Shown: positions 20,401 to 28,092 of the stretch, piece after piece
Layout: each line of letters starts with the position of its first letter
Position numbering within the stretch: position 1 is the stretch's first letter
Assembly (NCBI GenBank): GCA_964516745.1
Contig: CAZEYD010000001.1
Coordinates: 101,047-165,046 of the forward strand
Length of the DNA stretch: 64,000 nucleotides
Reading direction: 5' to 3'
Source: Candidatus Woesearchaeota archaeon
GTDB lineage: Archaea > Nanobdellota > Nanobdellia > Pacearchaeales > GW2011-AR1
The notes under the pieces: generated by a model
Told to the model about the DNA's origin: nothing
The model's input: only the letters and a program-made list of their open reading frames with translations
Database searches by the model: none
Program-made: the position numbers and the translations under genes

Positions 20401-20894
20401 CTACCAAAAGATGCAGCACTATCTGCACGAAATGTCCCCGCGACATCCAATTTATAATCAGGTGTACTATCTCCAATCCCAACATCTCCACCAGCTTCGA
20501 TAACCATTTTAGCATTAGTATAATTTTCTCCGATATAATAATAATTAAGTGCAGAATTAGTTCCATAACCACCAAAACCACCACTATCAAGTCCAGTGTT
20601 TGTCAAAAAACCATACTCATAAGCCCAACCAGATGTATCCCCTGTCCTTTGCAATCTCACCCCCTTTGAATTATATGTTTTAAAATGTCTATCTCCTTCG
20701 GAAGTATTATAAAGCACATCAAAAGTATCACTAGGACTCCCCGTCCCCACCCCAATATTTCCCGAGCTTCCATTCACAAAAAATAACTGATTCCCATTAG
20801 AAGTTATATTAAAATTCTTCGCCGAAACCACTCCAATCGAACTAACTAAAATAAACATGCATAAAACTAAAACCCATCCATTCACTTTTCTCAT
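14475..20894 (-). CDS. Giant secreted tail-fibre-like repeat protein, 2139 aa
   Basis: Sec-type signal MRKVNGWVLVLCMFILVSSIGVVSA|KNF. I count 11 copies of x-VGIG(T)-xxP-xxxL(D/E/N)V. Also present are the motifs LDADLLDG(Y/L)(N/H)(S/A)S(D/T)F and KITGLADGSADADAVTYSQLQAV. Its ATG overlaps the upstream Bro-N stop (ATGA). Confidence 0.85.
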   Translation of the reverse strand: MRKVNGWVLVLCMFILVSSIGVVSAKNFNITSNGNQLFFVNGSSGNIGVGTGSPSDTFDVLYNTSEGDRHFKTYNSKGVRLQRTGDTSGWAYEYGFLTNTGLDSGGFGGYGTNSALNYYYIGENYTNAKMVIEAGGDVGIGDSTPDYKLDVAGTFRADSAASFGSTITSTGDVTTSGGDNGFYNVGTADWYMFDLGTRSASSGRYGIGLTNDEANRQLSFHVPNQAAYGSTGVIPSFTWRSNGAIELMNLTSDAGDLSVKGSVASDGLTSTGNIKTSGDVWSTDYCDESGANCKDIINLPSVGGSPADEYLLNLESDDLSIGEIAAAMGTSSSGMTKCDDSTAPAPGCFETTGARSFTGSRYWKIDVGSEYIFETWVKVEDGAGDTATYFYAGWEMYNGSKTSYGNNQRYWGSNGEQFDEDTRNDGEWYLVRGKISGVGASTGNFISGTEYARFLLLMNYLGQSTSKVRYAGMKLYKSRNTISSLYVMNTARVVDNDDSSRKLVVDSSGNMYPADLTVSGDINANDGDLFVNSTSGYVGIGTSSPGYKLSVENELSVFSSGDTSDPKTEGHLLRVVDTTNGNPDIDHFFVENDLLTYGARWHYDGGDNLFQLFMHNNNVDGTEVLRFNRDNTDVYIPGNVGIGMTPGVTLDVSGYINASGDICLNDGTCLGNTASADSYVPYTGATGSVDLNGKNLTNVSYLGINVTDPTTPLQLANDGWISAKNAAGDGVVNMFKVNSENQIEVGAALNIGSFEFSADSGLVTFVDMPVTSDAEIGSPEGYAFKIDRDNIMTVYAESDGAGGVQNKRVGIGTVTPENALNVVGDANFTGSVYAGGLTMTGNVVMADNKITGLADGSADADAVTYSQLQAVNGTIGGGDVTGVSGGTAITVTNEDGPIPSVAVTADSIDGTQLKDTITLDATLAITQANYDVNFDANTLFVDGSANRVGIGKTGPDASLDVEGNAYIGSSGVNYNVSSTLRLDGLDYTMIQFHDSGSTIGNIKFSHNYGFEIGADDGTYGTHNTIMHGDVGIGTVEPVGNLNVIGTGNFTGALTVATLDTGQGANELYGRAVDLVAGSGLSGGGDNTLYGPDGDVDLSLGTLTADWDAGGYEIRAKTFESDQATGTAPLIVASTTKVANLNADLLDGYQLSEIISTHSGSDFTDGTLVRTSISATAAIGDSFVIEISGKSYSSTNPPFKVIAQGYLYNSGIINTAGISYGGNFASSIYIFEDDGDLCFWWPRIGYWQSFSVHVRKAGGDSYNRVTSISNSAQIESTKNATVTLKTAWNNYNDGSGSSLDADLLDGYNSSDFILDGELGGAETDPLWTGNESNVAFINKANTFGAYNQNFDSGTLFINATRNNVGIGTTTPDEDARLYVSTSTPTVNTETRYAGYFKTTMSGSANTYGYGVVGIAEKTGGFGYAARGVVGIGKYDGTPASGITTSLFGVAGQIEIDGSTTAMPVPNAYALHSSGVVNGNITSYYGLYVDAPTGTGTITNQYGAYFEDNVGIGTTNPDAKLEVIGNAIIGAEGTGLVISSDGYLSDEDDDVHLSDKLDMDNHAIIDIDWANSDDGSGTGLDADLLDGLHASTFYNASNPAGYITAGGATDVWVNSSGDTMTGDLRLDKTTPTIFFDAAGTGDVAIRGNGENLEIYEPEDSNTVWARFTDDTSFQLIGTPNLIVDGNGTFGGDVTVSGGDLSITNNNGGINFNDASKYWMKTATNWGIYWDTSANSIGFRGSGTERGSIDLDNGNLQMDGTGTFGSYIQMQESNFINRRFEMLENFSPQYILLCINGANNDVNGRIQVDRTSGNYQSAIVDVIVSSGTSAMYGGALRTLQVLQSSERYQLVTVNYSGSSYVAVKYTGNTYPETTGAYFTGRIVSTNASNIFTVVNSTSISNEASFGGTSKADFDVDTLMVNNNLVWHAGNDGAGTGLDADKLDGYNSSDFVLDSELGGSESDPLWTGNFTNIAFINKANSFGAYNQSFDSGVLFVDATGNRVGIGTSNPIGKLDIRGTTYFENGNIDGTYGDQVFFGAAGLGYASTYLHKIRTSHSGNTANGGMIFSLSDGTTTGYNDVLTLKENGKVGIGTTAPSKKLEVNGTAGGLTFDVDDASSGPTINTTAGNVTITSMSGSVIIKLG
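18286..18985. repeat. Shared fibre block R1, copy in the 2139-aa gene (core 18470-18790)
   Basis: Encodes ...TDPTTPLQLANDGWISAKNAAGDGVVNMFKVNSENQIEVGAALNIGSFEFSADSGLVTFVDMPVTSDAEIGSPEGYAFKIDRDNIMTVYAESDGAGGVQNKRVGIGT... By eye it is roughly 90% identical at the DNA level to 46330-47125. Confidence 0.8.
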
Positions 20895-21799
20895 TTTAAT
20901 AACTCCTTTTTGTTTTTGCCGACCTTGTCCGCGTCAGCGGATGCCATCTGGGCAGGAGATAGACCCTTGGGTGTAATTCCAAAATAGTTTTTCTCTGAAA
21001 CAACCTTTTTCCTCGTTTTTTTCTCCAAATCTTTTCTAGCATCACCAGCAATTTTGCCACCCTCTCTAGCAACATTTCTATTCTCTTCAAAGCTCCGCGT
21101 ATCTATCCCTCTAGCTATCTCCGCTGTTGAAGCTTCTCCCAACATCCCAAAAATCAATTCCAAATCAGTCATATGATCTCTCAAATTCTGATTCTTAAAT
21201 TTAGGCTCCAAACCCTTAATACCCTTATGTTCTTCAATAGACACTCCAAAAGTCGCTTTCGCAATCTCATTAGTTAAAATTGCAAAATCTTTATTGCCCT
21301 CAATCCCTCTTTGCTTCCACTCATCTGTCAAATCCTGGCGTATCGCAATTCCTCTCAATCTCTTATCAATCCACGATTTAGGATATCCTTTCTGTTCATA
21401 AAGCATCTTCATTCTATCTTGTGCTAACTCCGGATTCTCAATCTCATCAATCCTCTCACTACCAACTTTCGCCAACCACAACTTAAACGGCTCCGCCTTT
21501 TTAGAAGAAATTGACTGAATAATTCTAAAAAGACCCTGCTTATTTGCACAGTCTGTCTCTCTCATTTTCCCATCTGGAGCTTCTAATTTCAACTGTACGA
21601 TAAAATCGTACATTTGAAATCCCTCTTCTTTTAATTTAACCTTTAAATCAGACCAATATCTTCTATAATTAACATTACCTATCAAAGCACCAACCACATC
21701 AACCACAGAAAACCACCAATCATCTTCGTACCAAACTCGTCTAATCTTCTTATCCTCGAATACAATCATCTTTTTTTCAGCCCTCATTTCAATATTCAT
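20891..21799 (-). CDS. Bro-N domain / DinD-like (DNA-damage-inducible protein D family) protein, copy 1
   Basis: IVFEDKKIRRVWYEDDWWFSVVDVVGAL (Bro-N start), KAEPFKLWLAKVGSERIDEIENPELAQDR, ILTNEIAKATFG, NLRDHMTDLELIFGMLGEASTAEIAR. It is sandwiched between two giant genes, with a 21-nt gap upstream and a 4-nt overlap downstream. Confidence 0.8.
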   Translation of the reverse strand: MNIEMRAEKKMIVFEDKKIRRVWYEDDWWFSVVDVVGALIGNVNYRRYWSDLKVKLKEEGFQMYDFIVQLKLEAPDGKMRETDCANKQGLFRIIQSISSKKAEPFKLWLAKVGSERIDEIENPELAQDRMKMLYEQKGYPKSWIDKRLRGIAIRQDLTDEWKQRGIEGNKDFAILTNEIAKATFGVSIEEHKGIKGLEPKFKNQNLRDHMTDLELIFGMLGEASTAEIARGIDTRSFEENRNVAREGGKIAGDARKDLEKKTRKKVVSEKNYFGITPKGLSPAQMASADADKVGKNKKELLK

Positions 21800-21820
21800 A
21801 TCCCATTTTATTTAAACAAT

Positions 21821-24800
21821 TTAATCCGATAAATCAATAATGACATCGCCCGTTACCTCCAATTTAGCATTAGGGCTATCCGTCCCTATCCCTACATTAC
21901 CACCAGCAGCAAGAGTCATTATTTCATTATCATTAACTTTAAAATTAAAATCAAAATTACCAAGAGTCCCGACAAAAGCTTCTTGAGCGAAAAATAATTC
22001 ATTAGGATCCATAGTAATTCCACCTGATTCCCCTATTTTTAACCAACCATTAGCATACGTCGCACCACCAATAGTAGCCCCACCTCCCTGAATTAAAACA
22101 TCTCCTAAAACATCTAATTTTTCAGATGGCGTCGAGTCTCCTATCCCTACATTACCAGCAAAATAATTATCTCCAGTTCCATTTGAATAAACTTCACCAC
22201 TCAAATACAAATCTTTCCATCTTAAACTTGAGTTTCCAATATCAAATGAATCATCAAATCCTGTCATTGGTAATAGTGAACCATTGATTCTCAAAGTATC
22301 AACATCCAATCCTGTAATATTATAGAAGTATCCTGTCTGTGCATATATGTCTCCATCGATTATACTCACACCACCACTTTGCCAATCTCCACCAAAATCT
22401 ACTTGACCTGCAAATTCAGAATCACCCGTAACGTCTAAACTCCCCGCCAAAGTCAAACCACCACCAGAAGTAAAATCAGTTCCAGCATCACCAATATTTG
22501 TAATTAAACTATTACTCATATTTAAAATACCCGTCATCGTATCTCCACCTTTTTCAACATAAATATCTCCCGTCCCTCCTTCACCCATATAATCTGCAAC
22601 AAAATCATAAACCGCATCCGCCGTCGGAATCGAATTTGTATCACCATTATCAATAGTAATATCGTCTCCCAAATCCATAGCACCAGAACCAGTATCAATA
22701 GTAGCGGCAGACAAAGCGCCACCCAAACTTAAACCTGCAGCAGTAACTATAGTATTTGGAATACTAACAGAATAAGCACTATGATCCACATAACCAAAAC
22801 GATTTGCTGATGGAGTAAATGCTAAACTTGTTGTATATTTAAGATTTACAGTAAATGTTTGACCTGATCCACATGATGGATTTACAACAAGATATATTAC
22901 TTTCCCAGCTGCATCATCATTATTATAATCTCCAGCTACACTTCCATTCCACAATCCTACATGATTACCGCTACCAGAAGATTCAGTAAGCCTTGAGGAA
23001 ACTTTGTCTCCTACCACTAATAAATACTTTTTATGCTCCATATACCCAGTATTAGTGTATCCTCTATGTGAACCAGTTATTTCTATTTCCATATAACTTT
23101 GATAAGGAGAACTTGCAGTAATTGTTCCAAGAGTATATACTCTTGCAGGATCCACACATTCTGGATAATCACTCGATGTTGTTACCGTTCCTGAAACATA
23201 TTCAATATTATCAGTTTGTATAATCCCATTGTCAATATCTACTTTAAAATCCCCACCAACGATCAAATTACTAGTAAAAGTAGCAGCCCCTGCCGAAATT
23301 CCCGCATTCGCACTACCACCATCAGCACCAAATTCAAAATCATTACCCGTCTCATCATAAAGAATCTTATCATCATTTTCAAAATAAATATTGTTCCCAT
23401 CTAACTCAATATTCCCAGTAACATAAAAATCATTCGCCGTACTTACCTGCTCAGAAGTTCCAGTCCCAATCGTCACACCCTCACCTGGGACATGAGTTCC
23501 AACACCAATCACTTCCGCATCAAGTCTACCATCTATCCTTACAACAGTTACAGCCTCAGTACCACCAATTACAAAACCATCCTCCGACCCAGTAGCAACC
23601 GCACCATTCGAATGCTTATAACTTATCCATCCTCTTTGTCCATATGCAGCAACATTATCACTAAAATTTATCGTTGCTCCAACCGCATTTGTTGATGATT
23701 GGATATATAGACCATCATCCGATCGATGAGTCAACCGCCCCGTCATCGTATCCCCACTCTTCAAAACATAACTACCAGCAGCACTAGAATTCACCGCTTG
23801 TAACTGAGCAAAAGTCACAGCATCAGCATCAGCTGTTCCAGCAGCTAAATTATTAATCTGACCAGAATCCATATTCAAAGTACCATTAATTAAAACATCA
23901 CCCGCAACATGAAGAAGTTCTTGAGGCGTCGTCGTCCCAATACCAACTTTGCCTCCCAAAAGTGTAGGCCCTCTTACCCAAATTGTCAACTGCATCCCAG
24001 TCACACTATTTGTTCCATACTGCGATTCTCCACCAAATTGACCATGATAGTTTGGATTAAAGTCATTATGCTCTCCTGCATCGGAAGAAGTAAAAGTAGA
24101 TCTATCTACATCATTACTTTCATCATCATTATGCCAAGTACGGAGATAACTTTTTTCAAAATAACCACCACTAGCAGTACCAACCGAGTATGTTGCAGGA
24201 TATTGGGCATAATAATAATTGGCTGCCTGGCCAGTTCCAGGATCTGCATTACCAAGCATATCTCGTACATTATTATGATTTCCTGTATCTACAATTAGCT
24301 GGTCTTCCCTAGGAGATATTGATTTAAACATCATCTCTATGTAAGGAACCATATCGTAAGCCTTACTTTTTCCTGTTCCAGATGGTGAAGTAAGAATAGT
24401 CGTAGACCCTTCCTGCCACCAACCATCCCATCGGGAATTATATGTTGCATCCATATTATCTGCAGAAAATACTAGAGTCCACCCACCACCATCAGTTGTC
24501 ATATCACAATAAACTTGGAAAGGTTCACTACCATCAGGGCTAATCCAATAAATACCGCTAATTGCTCCCTGTTTCTGATGTAGGATGTCTAAACAATTAC
24601 TTCCAGGCCTTCCAGATTCACCAACAGCCTGTGTATTATTTGCATAAAAATCACCAGAGACAGTTAAATCTCCACCAAAACTTCCATTTCCATCAACTAT
24701 TAAATTAGGAGTTCCAATTAATTGAAACGAGGTATCATCAGTAAATCTAGCCCAAACTTTATTTGAATCTTCAGGCTCAAAAATTTCCAAATTCTCTCCA

Positions 24801-26746
24801 TTGCCTCTTATAGCTACATCTCCGGTAGCAGCTGCATCAAAGAAAAGAGTAGGTGTCGTACCAGTATTTATTCTTAAATCTCCAGTCATAGTATCACCAG
24901 AACTATTTACCCAAACATCCGAAATACCAGAAATATATCCTTCCGGATTAGAAGCATTATAAAAAGTACTAGCATGCAATCCATCCAACTTATCAGCATC
25001 TAAACCACTGCCAGCACCAGCACCAGAAATTCCTGTAATTGGTAAAGTAATTGCACCATTAGGATCAAAAGTTCCAGCAACTTCCAAACCACCACCAAGA
25101 ATTTTAACCGAACCAGTACCAGGTGTATCAATATTTAATTGACTTGATGTATCAGTATACATTTTAGTTACTAAACGCCTATCTACTCGACCACTTCCAG
25201 AATAAATCTCCCCAACAAACTGGGGACCACTATTTATTCTTTTCAAAGTGACATGATCCATCTGAGTTACCGAATTGGAAGAACTTCCATAATTAATCAA
25301 AACCAAAACTCTTACAAATTTGGTCCCAACTGGAAAATTCGGATAACTGGTTCCTTCTCCTGTTGTTACTGCAGAAAACTTGTGCCAATTACCATCAGAA
25401 TTTAAATCATAACCAGATGCCGCAAAATAACAATAGGTTCCACAAGGAGCACTCGTAATTACAGATTTATTTTCATCAAAAGCCTGATAACCAAAATAAA
25501 TAATACCAGGTGTTGTACCATCAACAGTTTTTTTAAAATATCCTTCTAATTGCAAAATATCATAATCAGGATCAACCGGAATATAATAATTATTTAGAAC
25601 TGTTGAAGCACCTACAGCCTCAGCAACATATTTTCCAGAATAAGCTCCACTATTATTAATACTATCAAAACCAGACCAACCATCTCTAGTTCCAGTTTCA
25701 AAATCACCATTTATCAAAAGATTATCCGTAGAAAGAGAACCACCTACAAAATCATGAACCGCATCCGCCGTCGGAATTGAATTTGTATCACCATTATCAA
25801 TAGTAGTATCATCTCCAAGTTCCATAGCACCACTACCAGTATTTAGAGTTGATCCTGAAAGTGCTCCAGAAGCAGATATTGCTCCAGGAAAAGAAGAATC
25901 TCCAGCAGAATTTACCAAGGTAGCTTCATGTCTACCAGCCCACCCAGTAGCCATATTATCAGAAGAAGAAACTATTTTTACACCAGATTCCGCTCCTAAC
26001 CATATAGTTTCACTAGTCCCCAAATTACCTTTCAGAGTTGCTTCCATTTCCCCAGCACCAATACCTAATTGAGAAGAAAGCCCTCCAATAAAATCTGTAT
26101 GCAATTGATCCCCTGTTGTAATGGTCAAATCTCCAGTCATCGTATCTCCACTCTTCAAAACATAACTACCAGCAGCACTAGAATTTACCGACTGCAACTG
26201 AGCAAAAGTCACGGCATCAGCATCAGCTGTTCCAGCAGCTAAATTTTTAATCTGACCAGAATCCATATTTAAAGTTCCATTAATAATAACAGAACCATTA
26301 ACATGAAGCCTTTCTTGAGGGGTTATCGTCCCTATTCCTACATTACCAATCTTATCAATTCTCATTGCTTCAATATTATTAGGCATAAAACGGATGTGAC
26401 CCCCGGTCGCTCCCCATGTCCCAGAAGTATCTGTAACAATATCTAAACCAGCATTACTAGAATCACCTCTATTCATCCACAATTTAGTAGCATAAATATC
26501 TAACCAATTATTAACATTATCAGATGTTGAAACCCTAGTACCTGCGAAACCAGCTATAGAATTAATATCTAATAATGCCCCCGGCGTCCCCGTCCCAATA
26601 CCAACCCTACCCGTCGTCCCATTCACAGCAAAATATGAAGAAGCAGGAGCCGAATTATTATAAAGCACAAAATCTTTCGCAGACACCAACGGAGTAACAA
26701 CTAATAAGAACACTAAAAATAAAAATAAAAATCTTTTACAATCCAT
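21821..26746 (-). CDS. Giant secreted tail-fibre-like protein with embedded CBM-like and fibrinogen-like (YCDxxxxGGGW) domains, ~1641 aa
   Basis: The track start at 26749 is a TTG. The ATG at 26746 has AGGAG 6 nt upstream. Signal FLFLFLVFLLVVTPLVSA|KDF. It has 5 VGIGT motifs, a CBM-like start (LINGDFETGTRDGWSG) and the FReD-like core CLDILHQKQGAISGIYWISPDGSEPFQVYCDMTTDGGGWTLV. Confidence 0.85.
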   Translation of the reverse strand: MDCKRFLFLFLVFLLVVTPLVSAKDFVLYNNSAPASSYFAVNGTTGRVGIGTGTPGALLDINSIAGFAGTRVSTSDNVNNWLDIYATKLWMNRGDSSNAGLDIVTDTSGTWGATGGHIRFMPNNIEAMRIDKIGNVGIGTITPQERLHVNGSVIINGTLNMDSGQIKNLAAGTADADAVTFAQLQSVNSSAAGSYVLKSGDTMTGDLTITTGDQLHTDFIGGLSSQLGIGAGEMEATLKGNLGTSETIWLGAESGVKIVSSSDNMATGWAGRHEATLVNSAGDSSFPGAISASGALSGSTLNTGSGAMELGDDTTIDNGDTNSIPTADAVHDFVGGSLSTDNLLINGDFETGTRDGWSGFDSINNSGAYSGKYVAEAVGASTVLNNYYIPVDPDYDILQLEGYFKKTVDGTTPGIIYFGYQAFDENKSVITSAPCGTYCYFAASGYDLNSDGNWHKFSAVTTGEGTSYPNFPVGTKFVRVLVLINYGSSSNSVTQMDHVTLKRINSGPQFVGEIYSGSGRVDRRLVTKMYTDTSSQLNIDTPGTGSVKILGGGLEVAGTFDPNGAITLPITGISGAGAGSGLDADKLDGLHASTFYNASNPEGYISGISDVWVNSSGDTMTGDLRINTGTTPTLFFDAAATGDVAIRGNGENLEIFEPEDSNKVWARFTDDTSFQLIGTPNLIVDGNGSFGGDLTVSGDFYANNTQAVGESGRPGSNCLDILHQKQGAISGIYWISPDGSEPFQVYCDMTTDGGGWTLVFSADNMDATYNSRWDGWWQEGSTTILTSPSGTGKSKAYDMVPYIEMMFKSISPREDQLIVDTGNHNNVRDMLGNADPGTGQAANYYYAQYPATYSVGTASGGYFEKSYLRTWHNDDESNDVDRSTFTSSDAGEHNDFNPNYHGQFGGESQYGTNSVTGMQLTIWVRGPTLLGGKVGIGTTTPQELLHVAGDVLINGTLNMDSGQINNLAAGTADADAVTFAQLQAVNSSAAGSYVLKSGDTMTGRLTHRSDDGLYIQSSTNAVGATINFSDNVAAYGQRGWISYKHSNGAVATGSEDGFVIGGTEAVTVVRIDGRLDAEVIGVGTHVPGEGVTIGTGTSEQVSTANDFYVTGNIELDGNNIYFENDDKILYDETGNDFEFGADGGSANAGISAGAATFTSNLIVGGDFKVDIDNGIIQTDNIEYVSGTVTTSSDYPECVDPARVYTLGTITASSPYQSYMEIEITGSHRGYTNTGYMEHKKYLLVVGDKVSSRLTESSGSGNHVGLWNGSVAGDYNNDDAAGKVIYLVVNPSCGSGQTFTVNLKYTTSLAFTPSANRFGYVDHSAYSVSIPNTIVTAAGLSLGGALSAATIDTGSGAMDLGDDITIDNGDTNSIPTADAVYDFVADYMGEGGTGDIYVEKGGDTMTGILNMSNSLITNIGDAGTDFTSGGGLTLAGSLDVTGDSEFAGQVDFGGDWQSGGVSIIDGDIYAQTGYFYNITGLDVDTLRINGSLLPMTGFDDSFDIGNSSLRWKDLYLSGEVYSNGTGDNYFAGNVGIGDSTPSEKLDVLGDVLIQGGGATIGGATYANGWLKIGESGGITMDPNELFFAQEAFVGTLGNFDFNFKVNDNEIMTLAAGGNVGIGTDSPNAKLEVTGDVIIDLSD
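23965..24625 (-). other. Fibrinogen-like YCDxxxxGGGW domain region (copy 1 of 4)
   Basis: NCLDIL..G...SGIYWI.PDG..PFQVYCDMTTDGGGWTLV. It is nearly collinear with 39525-40175 at both protein and DNA level. Confidence 0.65.
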
Positions 26747-27291
26747 CAATCACTCCTTCCAATTTTTCTCTAGGACTCTTCACACCCTCAATATCCAATT
26801 CCTCGACCTCCAAAACACCTTCTATCATCATTTATTTTCTTAGAATTTACAAAAAAATCAACAGCACCAAAAGACATCAAAAACTCTAAACAAAACACCT
26901 CACATACCATCTTTATTTTAAGAATTTATTATATATAAAGTTAAGGATTCTATCACAAACACCCTCAATAAATAGACAAAATATCCAAATTTATTTCTAA
27001 AATATAATCAAAGTAAAAAGAGAAAAATTCTACACTCTAATTTCCTTCAAAATCTAAATTTCAACCTATAAACTTTCTACTAAAATTACTAATTTCATCA
27101 TAGAAATTAACACCATCAATCTAAGCACAGATTTTCTTCACCATAATGAAAAATCCTATCATATTCACCACATAACAGGAAATAAAACCAGAATTTTACC
27201 AAAGTAAATTAAGGCATCCTACATCACAATACAATCAATTCTTTTTATTATTTAAATCTTACTATAAAACTGAATTTCATACAAGAATAGC

Positions 27292-27741
27292 TTATAATAG
27301 TTTGTCTTTCTTTTCCTTTGTCTCCACTTTATCATCTTTCTTTTTTATACAAAAATAATTCTCCTTAGAAAGAATACTCTTCCCGATTCTATTCTCAACA
27401 TCAATTCTCTCACTCCCAACCTTCGCCAACCACAACTTAAACGGTTCCGCTTTCTTAGAAGGGATTGATTGAATAATTCTAAAAAGACCTTGCTTATTAG
27501 CACAATCAGTCAAATACATTTTACCATCCGAAGATTTTAATTTCAGTTGGTGACAAATTGTCACCATCTCACTTCCTCCAGCCCTTAATCTCTAAATAAG
27601 TTTATTCCAATATTTTCTCCCATCAACACTCTCCGTCAGTACCACAACAACATCGACCACAGAAAACCACCAATTATCTTCGTGCCAAACTCGTCTAATT
27701 TTCTTATCCTCAAATACAATTAATTTCTTTTCATCTACCAT
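27292..27741 (-). pseudogene. Decayed Bro-N/DinD-like gene (in-frame stop plus internal deletion)
   Basis: From the ATG at 27741: MVDEKKLIVFEDKKIRRVWHEDNWWFSVVDVVVVLTESVDGRKYWNKLI*. It resumes out of frame as ...LKLKSSDGKMYLTDCANKQGLFRIIQSIPSKKAEPFKLWLAKVGSERIDVENRIG.. and jumps straight to the C-terminal ..KENYF.. region. The whole central DinD-like part is missing relative to 41672-42550. Confidence 0.8.
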
Positions 27742-27980
27742 AATTCCACTTAACAAAACCAAACAAAATCAACTATTTAACACTTATCACATAACCTTAT
27801 CCAAAAACTAAATATTAGAGATACTCTATTAGAAAAAACTTGTATTCGTTTAGATTTTTCATAAAAAAATCAAACACCTAGCACAGACAAACACACCAAC
27901 GCAGGAGTCCTTTAGACAAACGACAAACAACAATTTAATGCACAATACTTAACTAACTATTTTTTGATTCCAAAGCTACT

Positions 27981-28026
27981 GTTTTTTTCTTTCCAAAGTT
28001 TCTTTTTTTATAAAAAAAGAAAGCTT
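27981..28026 (-). terminator. Conserved hairpin / oligo-U terminator-like element, copy 3 (67 nt after the Fic stop); half-copy at 27961-27977
   Basis: Minus strand: AAGCTTTCTTTTTTTATAAAAAAAGAAACTTTGGAAAGAAAAAAAC. A perfect 12-bp stem (TTTCTTTTTTTA/TAAAAAAAGAAA) is followed by TTTGGAAAGAAAAA. Confidence 0.5.
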
Positions 28027-28092
28027 AAACAAAATCACAGAGAAGAACGGGTGAACACCAGACTACAGAACACAGACTAATTCTCCTACAAC

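Noticed and set aside
26736-26831. 31-aa ORF (MMIEGVLEVEELDIEGVKSPREKLEGVIDGL) overlapping the start of the 1641-aa fibre gene.
   Set aside because: No motif, no SD or promoter box, and an acidic low-complexity sequence. It could be a remnant of a lost upstream gene, but I cannot support that.
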